Part shown: in pieces, positions 24,031-35,898 of the stretch | Layout: the number at the start of each line of letters is the position of its first letter | Position numbering within the stretch: the stretch's first letter is position 1 | From: Adineta vaga | Lineage: Eukaryota > Animalia > Rotifera | Assembly (NCBI GenBank): GCA_021613535.1 | Contig: CP075493.1 | Location: 14,198,001-14,262,000 of the forward strand | Direction of reading: 5' to 3' | DNA: 64,000 bases | Made by a program: the position numbers and the translations under genes | The notes under the pieces: generated by a model | The model's database searches: none | What the model was told of the DNA's origin: nothing | What the model saw: the letters and a program-made list of their open reading frames with translations, nothing else

Positions 24031-26393
24031 GAATGAGAATTTGTCTGTTTCTCTTATTATCATTGCTGTCTTCATCAATTCGATATGATGACGATTATCG
24101 TTGTCACAATTTTTTTTTCAAAATCCAATATGAATCTCTTAAAAAGCAACGGAAGATAAAATATGAAACCAGCAGGGGATACTTAGTTACACGCGAACGT
24201 GAACACAACAATCTGACAAAAAGGAACTTCTCATGGATAGGTTAACTTAAAATATTTATTCAAACATTTCCAACACATAGAGAAATACATGTAATGCTTT
24301 TCTTGTTTTATAACTAACTACATGCCGACGAGGTATATTTGAAAGAGTGGCCGTTGCTTTTTCTACATTACAAGCGGACGATTTCTTGTCGTATGACGAC
24401 CACCTCCTAATGATTTTAATGCAGGAGATTGATCAATGGTTTGTATCGGTCGAATCGGTTGGATTCTGTTTTTAATTAAAGATAAACCATGTTGAAAACC
24501 TAATTTCGATAAACAAAATTGACGCATTTCTTTGAAAGTTAGCAAAACAATTGTTGAACTAAATGTATAATTCAGATAAACAATAAACGTTGTGATCGCA
24601 TCAATATAAACAGAATAAGTTAAATTGAAAATCGTTTGAAAGAAATCATACAGAACCCATGGTGACCATGTCAATAAAAACCAAATAAGAAATAAATGAA
24701 GAGAATAAAGAAGACGACGATGATGTCGTGGACCAATTTGTCTTCCTTCTTGATCACCTCGAGAATATTTCTGATAGAAAAAAATACCAATAACAAATAA
24801 ACACATCATTAAAATGAGAAAATATGGAACAAATGTAATCAATAAATCAAATAATTCATAAATCTCTCTTGCATACCAAAGATCACATGTTTGTGTTTCT
24901 GATGGGTTCTCAAGATCAATAGTTGCTGCTCCATTTTGCATTATTATTGGATAATAAAGACAAGGAAAAACAATAGCAATGAAAAGACCAAGATAATGAA
25001 TACAGATTGGTAGAGTATGAGTCTGATGACGTGCTCGATGGAAGATAAATGGTTTGACAACAAGAAGAAAACGTTCAATGGAAAGTTGTACCATAAGAAA
25101 ATCATTGATTTGTGTTGGAATATAATCAAGATAAACAGTTAATTCACACAATGGAGTACCAGCAATGGGTAAACATCCATTATGATAATAGAAATAAACT
25201 CGAATGGGTCCTTGAATAAAAGCGAGAATGACTTGGGCAATGCAACTCAATAAAAGTGCATGACTATTAACTGCAAATATTTTCTTTCCACGACAAATAA
25301 TTGTAATGACAAAGATAATGTTAAGTAGAATTCCAAGCGGAACTGTGAAACAACTGATACCAAACAAAACACGATACATAGGAATAAGATCATAACCAAG
25401 TTCATCTTCTAAATCACATTTAATTGTCATCGAAGTTGTATCATTATTTGCTTCCATATTCATTTTTTAATGCCAAATGAACTAAAAAATTTTATTGCTA
25501 ATGTGTGTATAATTAGAATGTTTTATTTTTACCATACCTCTACGTAATTAAGTGAGTTATTTTGTATACAATCAGTAACAATCATCAAAGAAAGATTATA
25601 TTTACTTTGATTATATCTTTTGGATAAAATAATTACGAGCGAGTTTGTATTCGTTATAATTGTGAATAGAATAGTTTAGTTTGAAGAGGTTTTCTCTGAT
25701 TATAATGAAGCATGACACTAGATAATGAATGGTTAAAAACAGTACTTCAAGTTGTAAGAGGAAGAGAAAGAAGAACATGTTATTTTAGTTCAGTTAACTT
25801 TTTTTAATATCAGTCATCAGAAATTATTATTTGATTGCATGACAAACCATTTCTTTTTGTGTCATCACCAAAACATAATGGTAAGGACGTGATTTAAATT
25901 AGAAATGAAAAGGAATGATATGCTATTGTCACTTCTATTCCTTGAGCTAACAAAAATGTCAAACTAAATCTTGAAGATAATTACTAATCGTATTTTTCGT
26001 CGACAATCATTTTCAATCTCATTCACAATAGATCTTCTCGAATAACTATGTAATTATAATTTCCTTTTTTGTTATCTATGCAAAAGAAGGCCGTCTTCAG
26101 ATCATTATTCTTTAGTAACGATAAAGAACCTGATTTAAATTCATAATTAATATGAGAACTTTATAATACATCTACGCATGTCTTCATGTGTCAATTCAAG
26201 ACGTTTTTCTTAGAGAAAATATAGAAAATAATTAAAGAGAAAAGAGAAAACATCGAGAAAACTTTCTGAGTTCAGTTTTGTTTTAAATATGTTTCATTCT
26301 TCTTTGATAAAGTTATCGTGCATAAATTTGAATGAATATATAATTGAGATAATTATATAATAATCGAATCCATTTCAATCTGTTTAACCAAAA
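23985..26393. repeat. Segmental duplication copy B (pairs with 18663-21502)
   Basis: Direct-orientation homology to copy A, ending abruptly at TTTAACCAAAA (about 26393). Confidence 0.85.
24363..25463 (-). CDS. Orphan 7TM GPCR, family B copy 3
   Basis: 366-aa ORF; differs from copy 2 mainly at the termini. Confidence 0.9.
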   Translation of the reverse strand: MNMEANNDTTSMTIKCDLEDELGYDLIPMYRVLFGISCFTVPLGILLNIIFVITIICRGKKIFAVNSHALLLSCIAQVILAFIQGPIRVYFYYHNGCLPIAGTPLCELTVYLDYIPTQINDFLMVQLSIERFLLVVKPFIFHRARHQTHTLPICIHYLGLFIAIVFPCLYYPIIMQNGAATIDLENPSETQTCDLWYAREIYELFDLLITFVPYFLILMMCLFVIGIFFYQKYSRGDQEGRQIGPRHHRRLLYSLHLFLIWFLLTWSPWVLYDFFQTIFNLTYSVYIDAITTFIVYLNYTFSSTIVLLTFKEMRQFCLSKLGFQHGLSLIKNRIQPIRPIQTIDQSPALKSLGGGRHTTRNRPLVM

Positions 26394-28001
26394 AGATTTT
26401 GAAGATTAATTATAGTAATAGTCTAGATTAAATAAAATCAATTCAACAAGTTGATGAATAGTTCAGAAGAATTCTACAAACTTTTTTATATCATAATAAA
26501 TTAAAAATAATTCATTTACCTTCATCATCAATTATATTGTTTCATAGAATTAATATGATTACTTTCTACAGAACATTTCAAGAATATAAAAAAATCTAGA
26601 TAAATTTCCTGTATTTCGTAGTAATGTGTTTGCTAATTGTTTTCCAACTACCCCATCAATTCTACTATTTTATCCAGATACAATTCAGTTAGTGTCGAAA
26701 TCTTATTAAACAAATATTGTGATTCTTGATTACTAATAGCATTTCGTTGAAAAAATTAATCTAATAACTGACTATACATTAGGTTAAAATTCGAATTCAC
26801 AGAAAAAGAAATATTGTTAATTCACTGTGATTTGACACAGAACTTTTGTTAAACGTTGTACCACTTCTGAGAAAGATTTTATTTCTTTCGAAATCCACTC
26901 GAATAAAATTATGAATAAATATTTCATCTTACACTATTAGTTTTTAATGGAATACAAAGTTAATCATACAATATTATTTTGCAATGTATCCAACGAATAG
27001 TCGTATCTATATGAATGAGAGAAATCTTTATTGTCCTTATTGAAATTAAATAAATGACAAAAATGGTATCGTAAATATTCTATTAATAAGACTTTTCAAT
27101 AAACAATTTCATCAATATTTATAATTGCATAGAAAACATGAATAGAATTTGATATTTACTCTATTTATTAATAAGCTATTATAGTTAAGATTTTCAATAT
27201 GCGATAATGTTGTAATAGGTTTTTGATAAGAATTAAACAGAATAGATTCAATAACTTTGCTGATTATAGAAAGATCATTCTATACTGTCTTTTGTTATGA
27301 AAGACTCGAGTATAGATAATGACTTTCAACGTGATTTTGATTTCTTCAAACTGTATGTTATCGGAGAGCAATTGTGAGATATAATATTTCTTAATTGAGA
27401 ATTTTATTCGATACAAGATCGAGTATTGTCAATGTCTTTTCATAATAAATGCATTCAATAAGAAGAAGTGATCTTTACTGTATTATGTTTTAGTACATTA
27501 GCTAATGATTGTGTATCTTCATCGCAGAGTTTAACAAATACAAGATATAAAACAATAAGTATCTATAGATGGAAGTTTTCGCATAAAGTTTATATGAAAC
27601 GAATGAATTTACTCAATTATATTTCAATGTAAAAACAATATGTTATATTTTTGTATATCATTAAACTATCGTGTCCATAAGAATACGATAGACAAATTCA
27701 ATGAATATTGTATGAAGATTCCATCTTGATTTTATAGGCATGTTTTATAAATTTGTTGTTACTCGGTGTATTATTCTGTTCCCTTACTGTATCATTCGAT
27801 AATTATTCTTTCCATTACGTGAATCGATCATTTAGAGTGAATTGACGAACAACTTCATATATTCTCTCTATTATCGGCAACTACATATTGACGATGTTGC
27901 TTCAATTCGTATCTTTTTACATCATCATAGTGACGTAGAGAAATCTGCCCTTGTTCGTGTAGCCTCATTGTTTAAGACGAAAAAAAAACACATTTTAAAG
28001 T

Positions 28002-29786
28002 CTATTGAAATTTATTACAACTATATTTATGTGATTTAAACCATTTTTCTAGTTTATACTCAAAAATATACTCTATACAAGAAGATGGTAGAAGATTTTG
28101 AAGACTTTGATATATATCTTCATGATTATCATTATTTAACTTCATCAAAAGATTTCTAATCATCGTTGAACTTATCATTTCACCTGTCCCAGGTGAAATC
28201 CAGATTAATCTTTTTTGATTTTCCATTGTTGTTGTTTGACAATATTCTTTCCATAGAATTTCTCCATCATATTTCCATCGATCAACTATCACCAATGGAT
28301 ATTGTGTAGAAACATGTTTTCCATTATATTCAATGGCATCAATTCCACAAATATGGACGACTGTAATTTCAAGATCTGTTCCATATAAATTTCGAATTTC
28401 TTTAATAATGTTCTTTGCATACATATTCGGTGATGAATAACTACGATCAACCATCCATCGTGTACCTTCAGTAGCTAACATAAGTAGCGCTTCTCTATAC
28501 GCATTAGGTAAATAGTTTTCTGGTAGTTTCTTTCGTATCCAACTTTCACTTGATGGACAAAAATAACCACCGAGAATTTCAAATTCGTATGGCGGTTTTT
28601 CAAGTATTTCTGCAGTGAAATCCATTACTGCAAGATGATTTAAATGAATTGGACAAAAACTACCTCCATAAACAAGAATAATATTCTTTTTTTGTACTGT
28701 ACTGCTCATTGATGATAGTAATTTGATCTTATTTGTTGGTGTTTTAATTCCACAAGGAAATCGAAGTAAAGGTAATTTCCATACTCCACAATCTGTTAAC
28801 AATTTAGTCAAAGTTTGAAAAACTAATGATCGCCATGTATTAATACCCGAATCAATAATAGTCCGAAGCAATCTAAGTAGATTATAAAGTTCAAAACGCA
28901 TTTCATATCCTTCAACAGGACCTCCGATAGTATCAAAATATGTTGAAATGAACACATCCGGCATTGTATAAATATCCACTTCGTATGGACCATAGAAAGG
29001 ACTACCATCAAAAGTAACAATACGACCTTGTTTGTCCAATGACCAGTTTTGATCAGACAAATCGCCGTGAAGAAGACAAGGACGAAGTTGAATATGATTT
29101 GATGATGTAAGAAACCATGGTATATATGGTATAAGTCGTTCACAGAGAAGAATCAATTCCATATTCTTGCCATGATCATTAATCAAATGAGGATCAGTTT
29201 TCATTCTTTGTACGATAGGTTTAAAACGTTGTTCAAGGAAAAAATGACACCAATCATTTTGCCAAGTATTATCTTGTTCTGTATGTATGTAAAAATTATT
29301 AGTATGGAATCCATATTGACCACTATGTGAAGATCGTGCATGAATTTCGCCTGAAATCTTATGCATCTTTGCTAATACTTGAGCAAATTGACTATTTTGT
29401 AGATTTGATCTTTTTCTTGATGTATTGTTTATATCGACAAATTCTGAAAGAAACCATCCACCTTCATCATGATCGAATTTAGAAAGATTTCCAGTGGCAA
29501 ATGATAAAGGAACACGAACGAAATCGATATAGACTTCTTGAAATGTATGCATACCAATGGCTTCGGCACTAAACATTTGTTTAGCATGTTTGTTTCGATT
29601 GATTTTAATAAAATATTCTCTACGAGCATTTTTACCAACCAACTTTTCATTCACTTTGAAGATAAACGCATGATTTACGTAGCCACTTGGTATAGATTTA
29701 ATTATAAATTCATCTTCATTGTTATGTAAGTCGGTGACGTTTGGTAAAGAAAATATTTCAGCCCGGAGTGAAGAAGACGTTTTCAA
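28002..29786 (-). CDS. Fructosamine/ketosamine-kinase-like domain fused to NMNAT/cytidylyltransferase-like (HxGH) domain; start uncertain
   Basis: Kinase motifs: SGYVNHA, YFIKIN, MFSAEAIG, YGFHTNN, QDNTWQNDW, LLHGDL, FD...YG..E.D, RFELYNL. Transferase motifs: YGGSFCPIHLNH, GGYFCPS, HICGID, ISSTMIR, LP...IEYI. Confidence 0.8.
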   Translation of the reverse strand: MKTSSSLRAEIFSLPNVTDLHNNEDEFIIKSIPSGYVNHAFIFKVNEKLVGKNARREYFIKINRNKHAKQMFSAEAIGMHTFQEVYIDFVRVPLSFATGNLSKFDHDEGGWFLSEFVDINNTSRKRSNLQNSQFAQVLAKMHKISGEIHARSSHSGQYGFHTNNFYIHTEQDNTWQNDWCHFFLEQRFKPIVQRMKTDPHLINDHGKNMELILLCERLIPYIPWFLTSSNHIQLRPCLLHGDLSDQNWSLDKQGRIVTFDGSPFYGPYEVDIYTMPDVFISTYFDTIGGPVEGYEMRFELYNLLRLLRTIIDSGINTWRSLVFQTLTKLLTDCGVWKLPLLRFPCGIKTPTNKIKLLSSMSSTVQKKNIILVYGGSFCPIHLNHLAVMDFTAEILEKPPYEFEILGGYFCPSSESWIRKKLPENYLPNAYREALLMLATEGTRWMVDRSYSSPNMYAKNIIKEIRNLYGTDLEITVVHICGIDAIEYNGKHVSTQYPLVIVDRWKYDGEILWKEYCQTTTMENQKRLIWISPGTGEMISSTMIRNLLMKLNNDNHEDIYQSLQNLLPSSCIEYIFEYKLEKWFKSHKYSCNKFQ

Positions 29787-30969
29787 CAGATGAAGCAGAT
29801 CTTGTACACTTTGAATTATAGACGCGAATTAATCATAAGTGATAAAATCAAATAATCTATCGGATCGCGTTTATAAATAAATATAGAAAAAAAGCTGTTA
29901 ATGACCTTACGAGAGAACAATCTTTTGACGTATGAATGTCACGTGTGTACGAATTCGAGTCTATCTTATTACAGATTTAGGTGGAGAAAATACTCTTCAC
30001 TTTGATAAGAACTTCTAGAATATTATCAGTTTTACTGAATTCTATCGATAACTAAAATATATCTCTGATAGTATAAGTATACCTGAATGGTCCAGTTTTT
30101 TTTGTTAATTTCTGGGACATTGCTTTGTTGATGTCTGTCGAATCTATTTAGAAATATTTCAGATTAAAAATCAAGATGGATTCAATTTTATGAGCTTTTC
30201 AATTCTTTAAATATCATAAACTCGTTATACTTATTGTTTCGAACATTTAATTCTCAAGAAAATTGACCAACGTAATATTAGTTTCATACCATTTTCGTCA
30301 TTAGTTTGCAGAGCACACGACTGCAACGATAAGCTTTCATGATGATTTTCTATATCAGTATCGATCATTGTAACAGTAACACTTCTTTCCATACCGTTCT
30401 AGAATGAAAAATCCAAATTATTATAATAGTTGAAAGAAAAAATAAAGCATATTAAATTCTTGAAACTCAGCGAATATTCGGTTTTTGTAAATAAAAGAAA
30501 TATTTATGTTTTGGTAATGATAAGAATTAAGAACATACCATATCCTCTTTTTACACGTTTCACCATCTACGTTCTGTTTTTTTTTATTGACAACTTTAGG
30601 GTTGTTGCGCAAGTACATGATGTCATGATTTACATAATGAGTAATAAAATAAAATAACGATAAACATCAGATATTGCATCATGAAAGAATAAAACTAGAA
30701 GGATATATTATTAATTTATGCGAACAGCACAAATACACATTTTTTAGAAGAGATTGTTCACTATTACAAATGTCTAGGAACATACAAGATAATCATACTT
30801 TAGCTCAAGAGTTTTATTTCAACAAAAGAACACAAAAGAAATTGAGAACAAAAACTATTCATTTCCTTTTCTTTTTCTTTTTAAGTACATGTCTCTTATT
30901 TATACCATTATTTAACGTCATTGATAGTGACTTGACTATTATCAAATGAAATTTAAACATATATATTAA

Positions 30970-32003
30970 TCAATATTGATTCTCAGTCACAACATGAATG
31001 TCTGGATTAATTTGATTTTTTCGACAGAAATTCCTATGAATATCAATTAAAACATATTTGGCTTGTCGACGAAATCGTTTTGATACACAAATATATGTAT
31101 AAAAGGAATTCTAAATACAATAAATCATTAAAGAATAAATTCATCTTCTCAATCAAATAGTTTTACCCCATTTGTTAAAATGTTGACAGTCAATGTTACA
31201 GCGTTGATCAAATTCATTTGAGCAAGAACAACAGGATCACGATTAGTGTTTAATGATAAAAATCCACTTGTAATCGAATATGGAAAATAGGTACAAACAT
31301 AAACACAAATCTCAACAAGAACCATAATGGTCAATTGTTTATCTAATTCACGGCGAACAAGTGGATTTATTCGTGTTGTCAATGTTCGGGCATTTCGATA
31401 AGACAGGATTCCAAAGATTATCGCAACAAATGGGATAAGATTACTCAATGTAAGAACATATCCATAAATATGATATTGAAAGAAAATAGGATCACTTGAA
31501 GCACAAATAGCTGTATTGATTAGTGATAATTGTCGAAAAAAGATCATGTATGATATTGCGTGTATAGTCCAAAGAATAGAAACAATGATTGTAAGACGAT
31601 GTGCTAATCGAATAGTTGACCATTGTTGCCACTGTGGACGAGAACAAGTAGCTAAATACTGATCAATGATGGCTAAACATAACATTGTTACTGCACTTAT
31701 CACGCATGTCGCAACAACGAGATTACGAATTGAACAATAATAAACAATAGCTGATGTCCAATCGACTGGAAATGCCATCGAAATTACGACAAAAGATGTA
31801 CTAAAGATCAATCGAATGAAATTGAATATTGACATGAAAAGAAGATAGAATGCACATGAACTTTGTCGAAATGTTTTTAAACTAAGCAAAACAATGATAC
31901 TGAAAAGTTCACTAATAAAACTGATGAAATAAATTGGAATTGAAACGTAAAGAGCAAATTGTGTTCGTATATAATAAAGTGATGAGATATATTCAGTATT
32001 CAT
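30970..32003 (-). CDS. Orphan 7TM GPCR, family C copy 3; 2 exons
   Basis: Exons 32003-31167 and 31110-30970; intron identical to that of copy 2. Confidence 0.9.
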
Positions 32004-33140
32004 TTTAAACTCTATTGAATGAAATTACGATGATGATAATGTTATCTATTATAAATGAAATGAGAGTGGAAAAAAAATGTTAACATAATTCTTTTCTTTT
32101 ATATAATTTTGAAAGAATAAAGGAAATTAGTTTTCTTTTTCATTTAATATAATATATGGAAGAAAATCCTGAAAAATTAATCGTTAACGCTTATAAAATG
32201 TGGGGTCAATTCAAGAAACTATTTTTTCTTTTTAACACAATTCAAATATTCTGTTTCTTCCATCGAGACTATTCACGTTGACAAAACCCTTCGTTTGAAT
32301 CTTATTCGCAAGAACATTCACCTCTTTACTTCTAAATAAAATAATTAATTAGAAATAAGCAACACTTTCGTTTATGCAGTCTGTATTTTTAAAATAAGTT
32401 TTATATATTTTTTAAAAGACTTTTTATTCTATGCATCGTAACTATTGTTGATACATTTTTACATTTAATGTTTGTTTATGTAATATGACATGATAAGAAT
32501 GTATGTAGAAAATAGAACAGAAATGTTTCCTTTGTTTTTCAGTTCTCTAATGAAGTACGTAATACGCTTAGAAGTCAAAAATAGATTTGAAAAGATCTAC
32601 TTTATTTTTTCGTATAATAATAAATAAATATCAAATAAATTTATCATTATTATTATTTAACCCAAATTTACATGTTGCCAGTATCTATATGATTCTTTTA
32701 TTCATCATTTTTACTGTGCGATTTTATATGATAGAATCAATATTATTGTGAAAATTTTATTTTTTTCACTTAATCTTTATAGATTATCATAGAAAACATA
32801 GATGTGCGAGAGAAAATAAGTTTTTCTTTGTTTTTTCGTAATTCGTCAGTATCTCTTTTGAAATGTTGAAAAAAAAAGATTTTATGAATTTTAAAAGTGA
32901 ATTTATACTTTCGTTGATTTATAATGCAAATACGATGTTTTTGTATTGATACAAGAAATGATTTCAACTGATAAGAAATGAAGATTAGAGATTGTTCTGG
33001 AGAAATATCGAATATTTTCTTTTTGTTTTCATTGTTCGTGTTTTGGTGAAAATTAATTATTAATTCAAGGGAGAATTCTTTCGATGTTTTTACTTAGATT
33101 TTGTTACTTTTCAAATTCAACATTTCAGAACAATCATTCT

Positions 33141-33376
33141 ATTCCGAGATATTGAACATTGTGAAATTAGTTCCAACTATTCTCTCAATTCTCTTTTGGG
33201 ATAGGACAGTGTTCAAATCGGTTGAGCTGTTAACACAATACAATAAGTGATGGGGATGTGGAAAGAGGATATGATTTTATGAAGGAATTTCGGAGGAATC
33301 GAATGGAATTCTGTCAATATTCAGGATACTTGGTAACTGTTTGGAACTAATTTCATACTGTTTAACATCGCAGAAT
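33141..33376. mobile_element. Putative old MITE with 36-bp imperfect terminal inverted repeats
   Basis: 33141-33176 matches the reverse complement of 33341-33376 at 30/36 positions, including a perfect TGAAATTAGTTCCAA. Confidence 0.5.
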
Positions 33377-33658
33377 CGGAAATATTCTCTTTATCTCGAT
33401 TCTTCTCAATAAAATAGACGAAACTTTCATTGTTATAATAATGGAAAACATCTTCACTTTTTTCTTCTTCATATTGAAATTTCTTCAAAAATTCGAATAT
33501 CTTCTTCGTCGGATTTCAATCGATATTCGATCAAAACAAACAATTTCATCGAAACAGATCAGGTTTTTCGCTTTTTTAACGATATTCTTTTTCAAAAAAC
33601 TAAAAGGTTTTCCCTATTTTATTTTAAAAAAAATCTTTTTTCTTTTTCAAACTCAAAG

Positions 33659-33985
33659 TCAAATCTTTTCGTTTGAAATGCGAAGTTCACTTCCTTTACC
33701 ATTTCCTCCAGCCACAACAATTCCTTCATTTGCATCTTTTCTCCATTTCATCACGCGATGATTATACCAATCTGAAACATAAAGATATTGATCTTTATCG
33801 ACAAAGATCAAAGTAGGATAGTTGAGTTGATTTCCATATCCATCTCCACCTGCAACTAATGCTCCTTCTTTGTTTTCATTTATCTTTTCTAACTGCCATT
33901 TTCTCACTTCATTCTTCTTCGTGTCAGAAACATAAAGAAATCCATGTTGATCCATAGCTAAACGAGAACAATCACATCTGATGGT
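33659..33985 (-). pseudogene. NHL-repeat fragment
   Basis: CSRLAMDQHGFLYVSD...VAGGDGYGNQLNYP..IFVD...LYVSDWYNHRVMKW...VAGGNG; truncated at both ends. Confidence 0.8.
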
Positions 33986-33987
33986 CT

Positions 33988-34098
33988 CAAGGGGGAAAAG
34001 CGAGACTTTTACTCCGAAATGCTTCGCGTACTTCCATGTACGTCACTCATACTTCAAATACTTCAAAAAGTATTTGAAGTATCGCCTTTTCCCCCTTG
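33988..34098. mobile_element. 111-bp MITE-like element with terminal inverted repeats and an internal hairpin
   Basis: Left CAAGGGGGAAAAGCGAGACTT versus right (reverse complement) CAAGGGGGAAAAGGCGATACTT. Internal perfect 14-bp stem TACTTCAAATACTT/AAGTATTTGAAGTA. Confidence 0.65.
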
Positions 34099-34329
34099 CA
34101 AGAACGCGTCCACATCCACCCACACCAACACCGTCGTTGTTCTTTTCACTCATCCTCAACCTCAAATTTATCAAATCAAATCATTCGATTATTCTCTTTG
34201 TTTCATTTGTCAATGATAGGAATAAAAAATATTAGCATTAATAGATAATAAATAGGTAGAAACATGAAGGATGAGAAAAATTAGTTAAAATAACTTTTCT
34301 CTGCATTGAAAAGCTTATTTTCAGTACTG

Positions 34330-35670
34330 TCAATGCCTACTCTTCGATTCGGCGATCATCAGTTCTTTAAATTTAAAATAATTTATATCTGAGACAGGAT
34401 CGAATACACTAATACTTTCCTTATCATTTGTAATATAGTCAAAGTATTCGTAGTTATTGATTTCTTCGCTATGATATTCGTATGCTTGAATGGTAATACA
34501 TGTTTTATTCGATGATTTATTCTCTAATTTGTGAATTTGATTTAAGCCTGGTGAAAGCCAAGTGACTTGATTTTCATAGAGAGTTGTTTCACGAATTGGT
34601 TCCGTTTCCTTCAAATCCAATGTTCGATAAAGTTTTACATTGATTTCACCATAGAGTACACGAATAATACCGTAGGTATTGGCATGTCTATGGATGGGAC
34701 TGTAATGACCGGATGACCATATTTCGAGAACATAAGGAACACCGGGTGAAGTACCTCGATTTCGACCAATCGTTATTCTCAGATAAGTGGCTAAAATATT
34801 TGGTTTTCCAAATCGATTGGCTTTTTCGCGCAGTTTTTTATAACACCAACCAGTTTCACTATGGATACTCTGTTCAATAGCTTCATAGAAATGAAGGAAA
34901 TCATCACCTTGAAATGGCTCTTTAATAATATCATAATAAAGATTTTGACAATGTCGATGTAATCGTGTGATTGATACAGCAGCATTGCTTCGTTGATAAT
35001 CTAATGAGAAATCAGTTGGCGATACAGCAATTAATGCGGGATCATCAATAACTGGATTTCGACCAACTTTCAATTTGACTTTATCATTAAATTTTTTCAA
35101 CTGAGTCATGTCATAACTACCGTTGAAAGAAATGTGAGCATATTGTATTTGTCGCACATTATTTTGCTCATTACTCGGTATTTCACTTTTGAACAATGCA
35201 CATAGATCTCGTACTTCACCTTGACCATATTTAATAAACAAGTTCGCATAATCGATACTCAACCAGTATTTACCTAGAAGGAAACAAAAAAGCCAATATA
35301 AATAAAGTAATTTCTTCCAATACTTTTTCTTTTATTTTTACCTTTTTCACATTTTAAAACATGTTCGACATTTGCCGACTGATTAACAATAATAGTAATA
35401 CCATTGATTATTTTGCGGATTGAAGCTTGATGTTGATCGACAGAGAGATAAATAATGTAGCTGTCATTTGTTAGATTCTCACTGATAGATAGACGAAGTT
35501 CAAATCTTAATGATATTTTTTGATCTATTTCAATTGTCACTTGTCCTCTTTGATCAAGAATTTGGGTGCAATCAGCTCGCCAGGGACACCAAACTTTATT
35601 TGGAGGTGAAAAGTTATGTAATGATGATTTCGACAAATGAGAATCAATTGGTGAATTGATTTCACAAACC
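34330..35670 (-). CDS. Cysteine dioxygenase-like cupin with long N-terminal extension; at least 2 exons; first exon unresolved
   Basis: Intron 35341-35274 joins ..CEK-G-KYWLSID in frame. Motifs LEIWSSGHYSPIHRH, GIIRVLYG, NQIHKLEN, CITIQAY. Confidence 0.8.
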
Positions 35671-35849
35671 CCTATTAATATAAAACTTCCTCAATATAGT
35701 TCTTGAAAAAATGTCAAGAACTGTTAAGCAATATTCATTTCTTGTGAACAAACAATTCGGTAGATAGATCTCGTCAAAACTCCTAGAGCTTATTAGATTG
35801 ACTGATATGATCAGTGATCTTTTCTTGTGAACATACTTTGGTTTTGTTG

Positions 35850-35898
35850 TTGAGGGTGGATGTGGGTCTCTTTTGTTCATCCACACCCACACCCTCAA
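35850..35898. repeat. Telomere-like hairpin element (best copy)
   Basis: TTGAGGGTGGATGTGGGT-CTCTTTTGTTCAT-CCACACCCACACCCTCAA. Confidence 0.8.

Noticed and set aside
26400-27900. Possible F-box/LRR-like remnant
   Set aside because: Only faint words such as YSVPY; too degraded to support.
3591-29786. NAD-themed cluster (two ARTs plus an NMNAT-like domain)
   Set aside because: The genes are far apart, one is dead, and ARTs appear to be abundant in such genomes, so co-occurrence is expected by chance.
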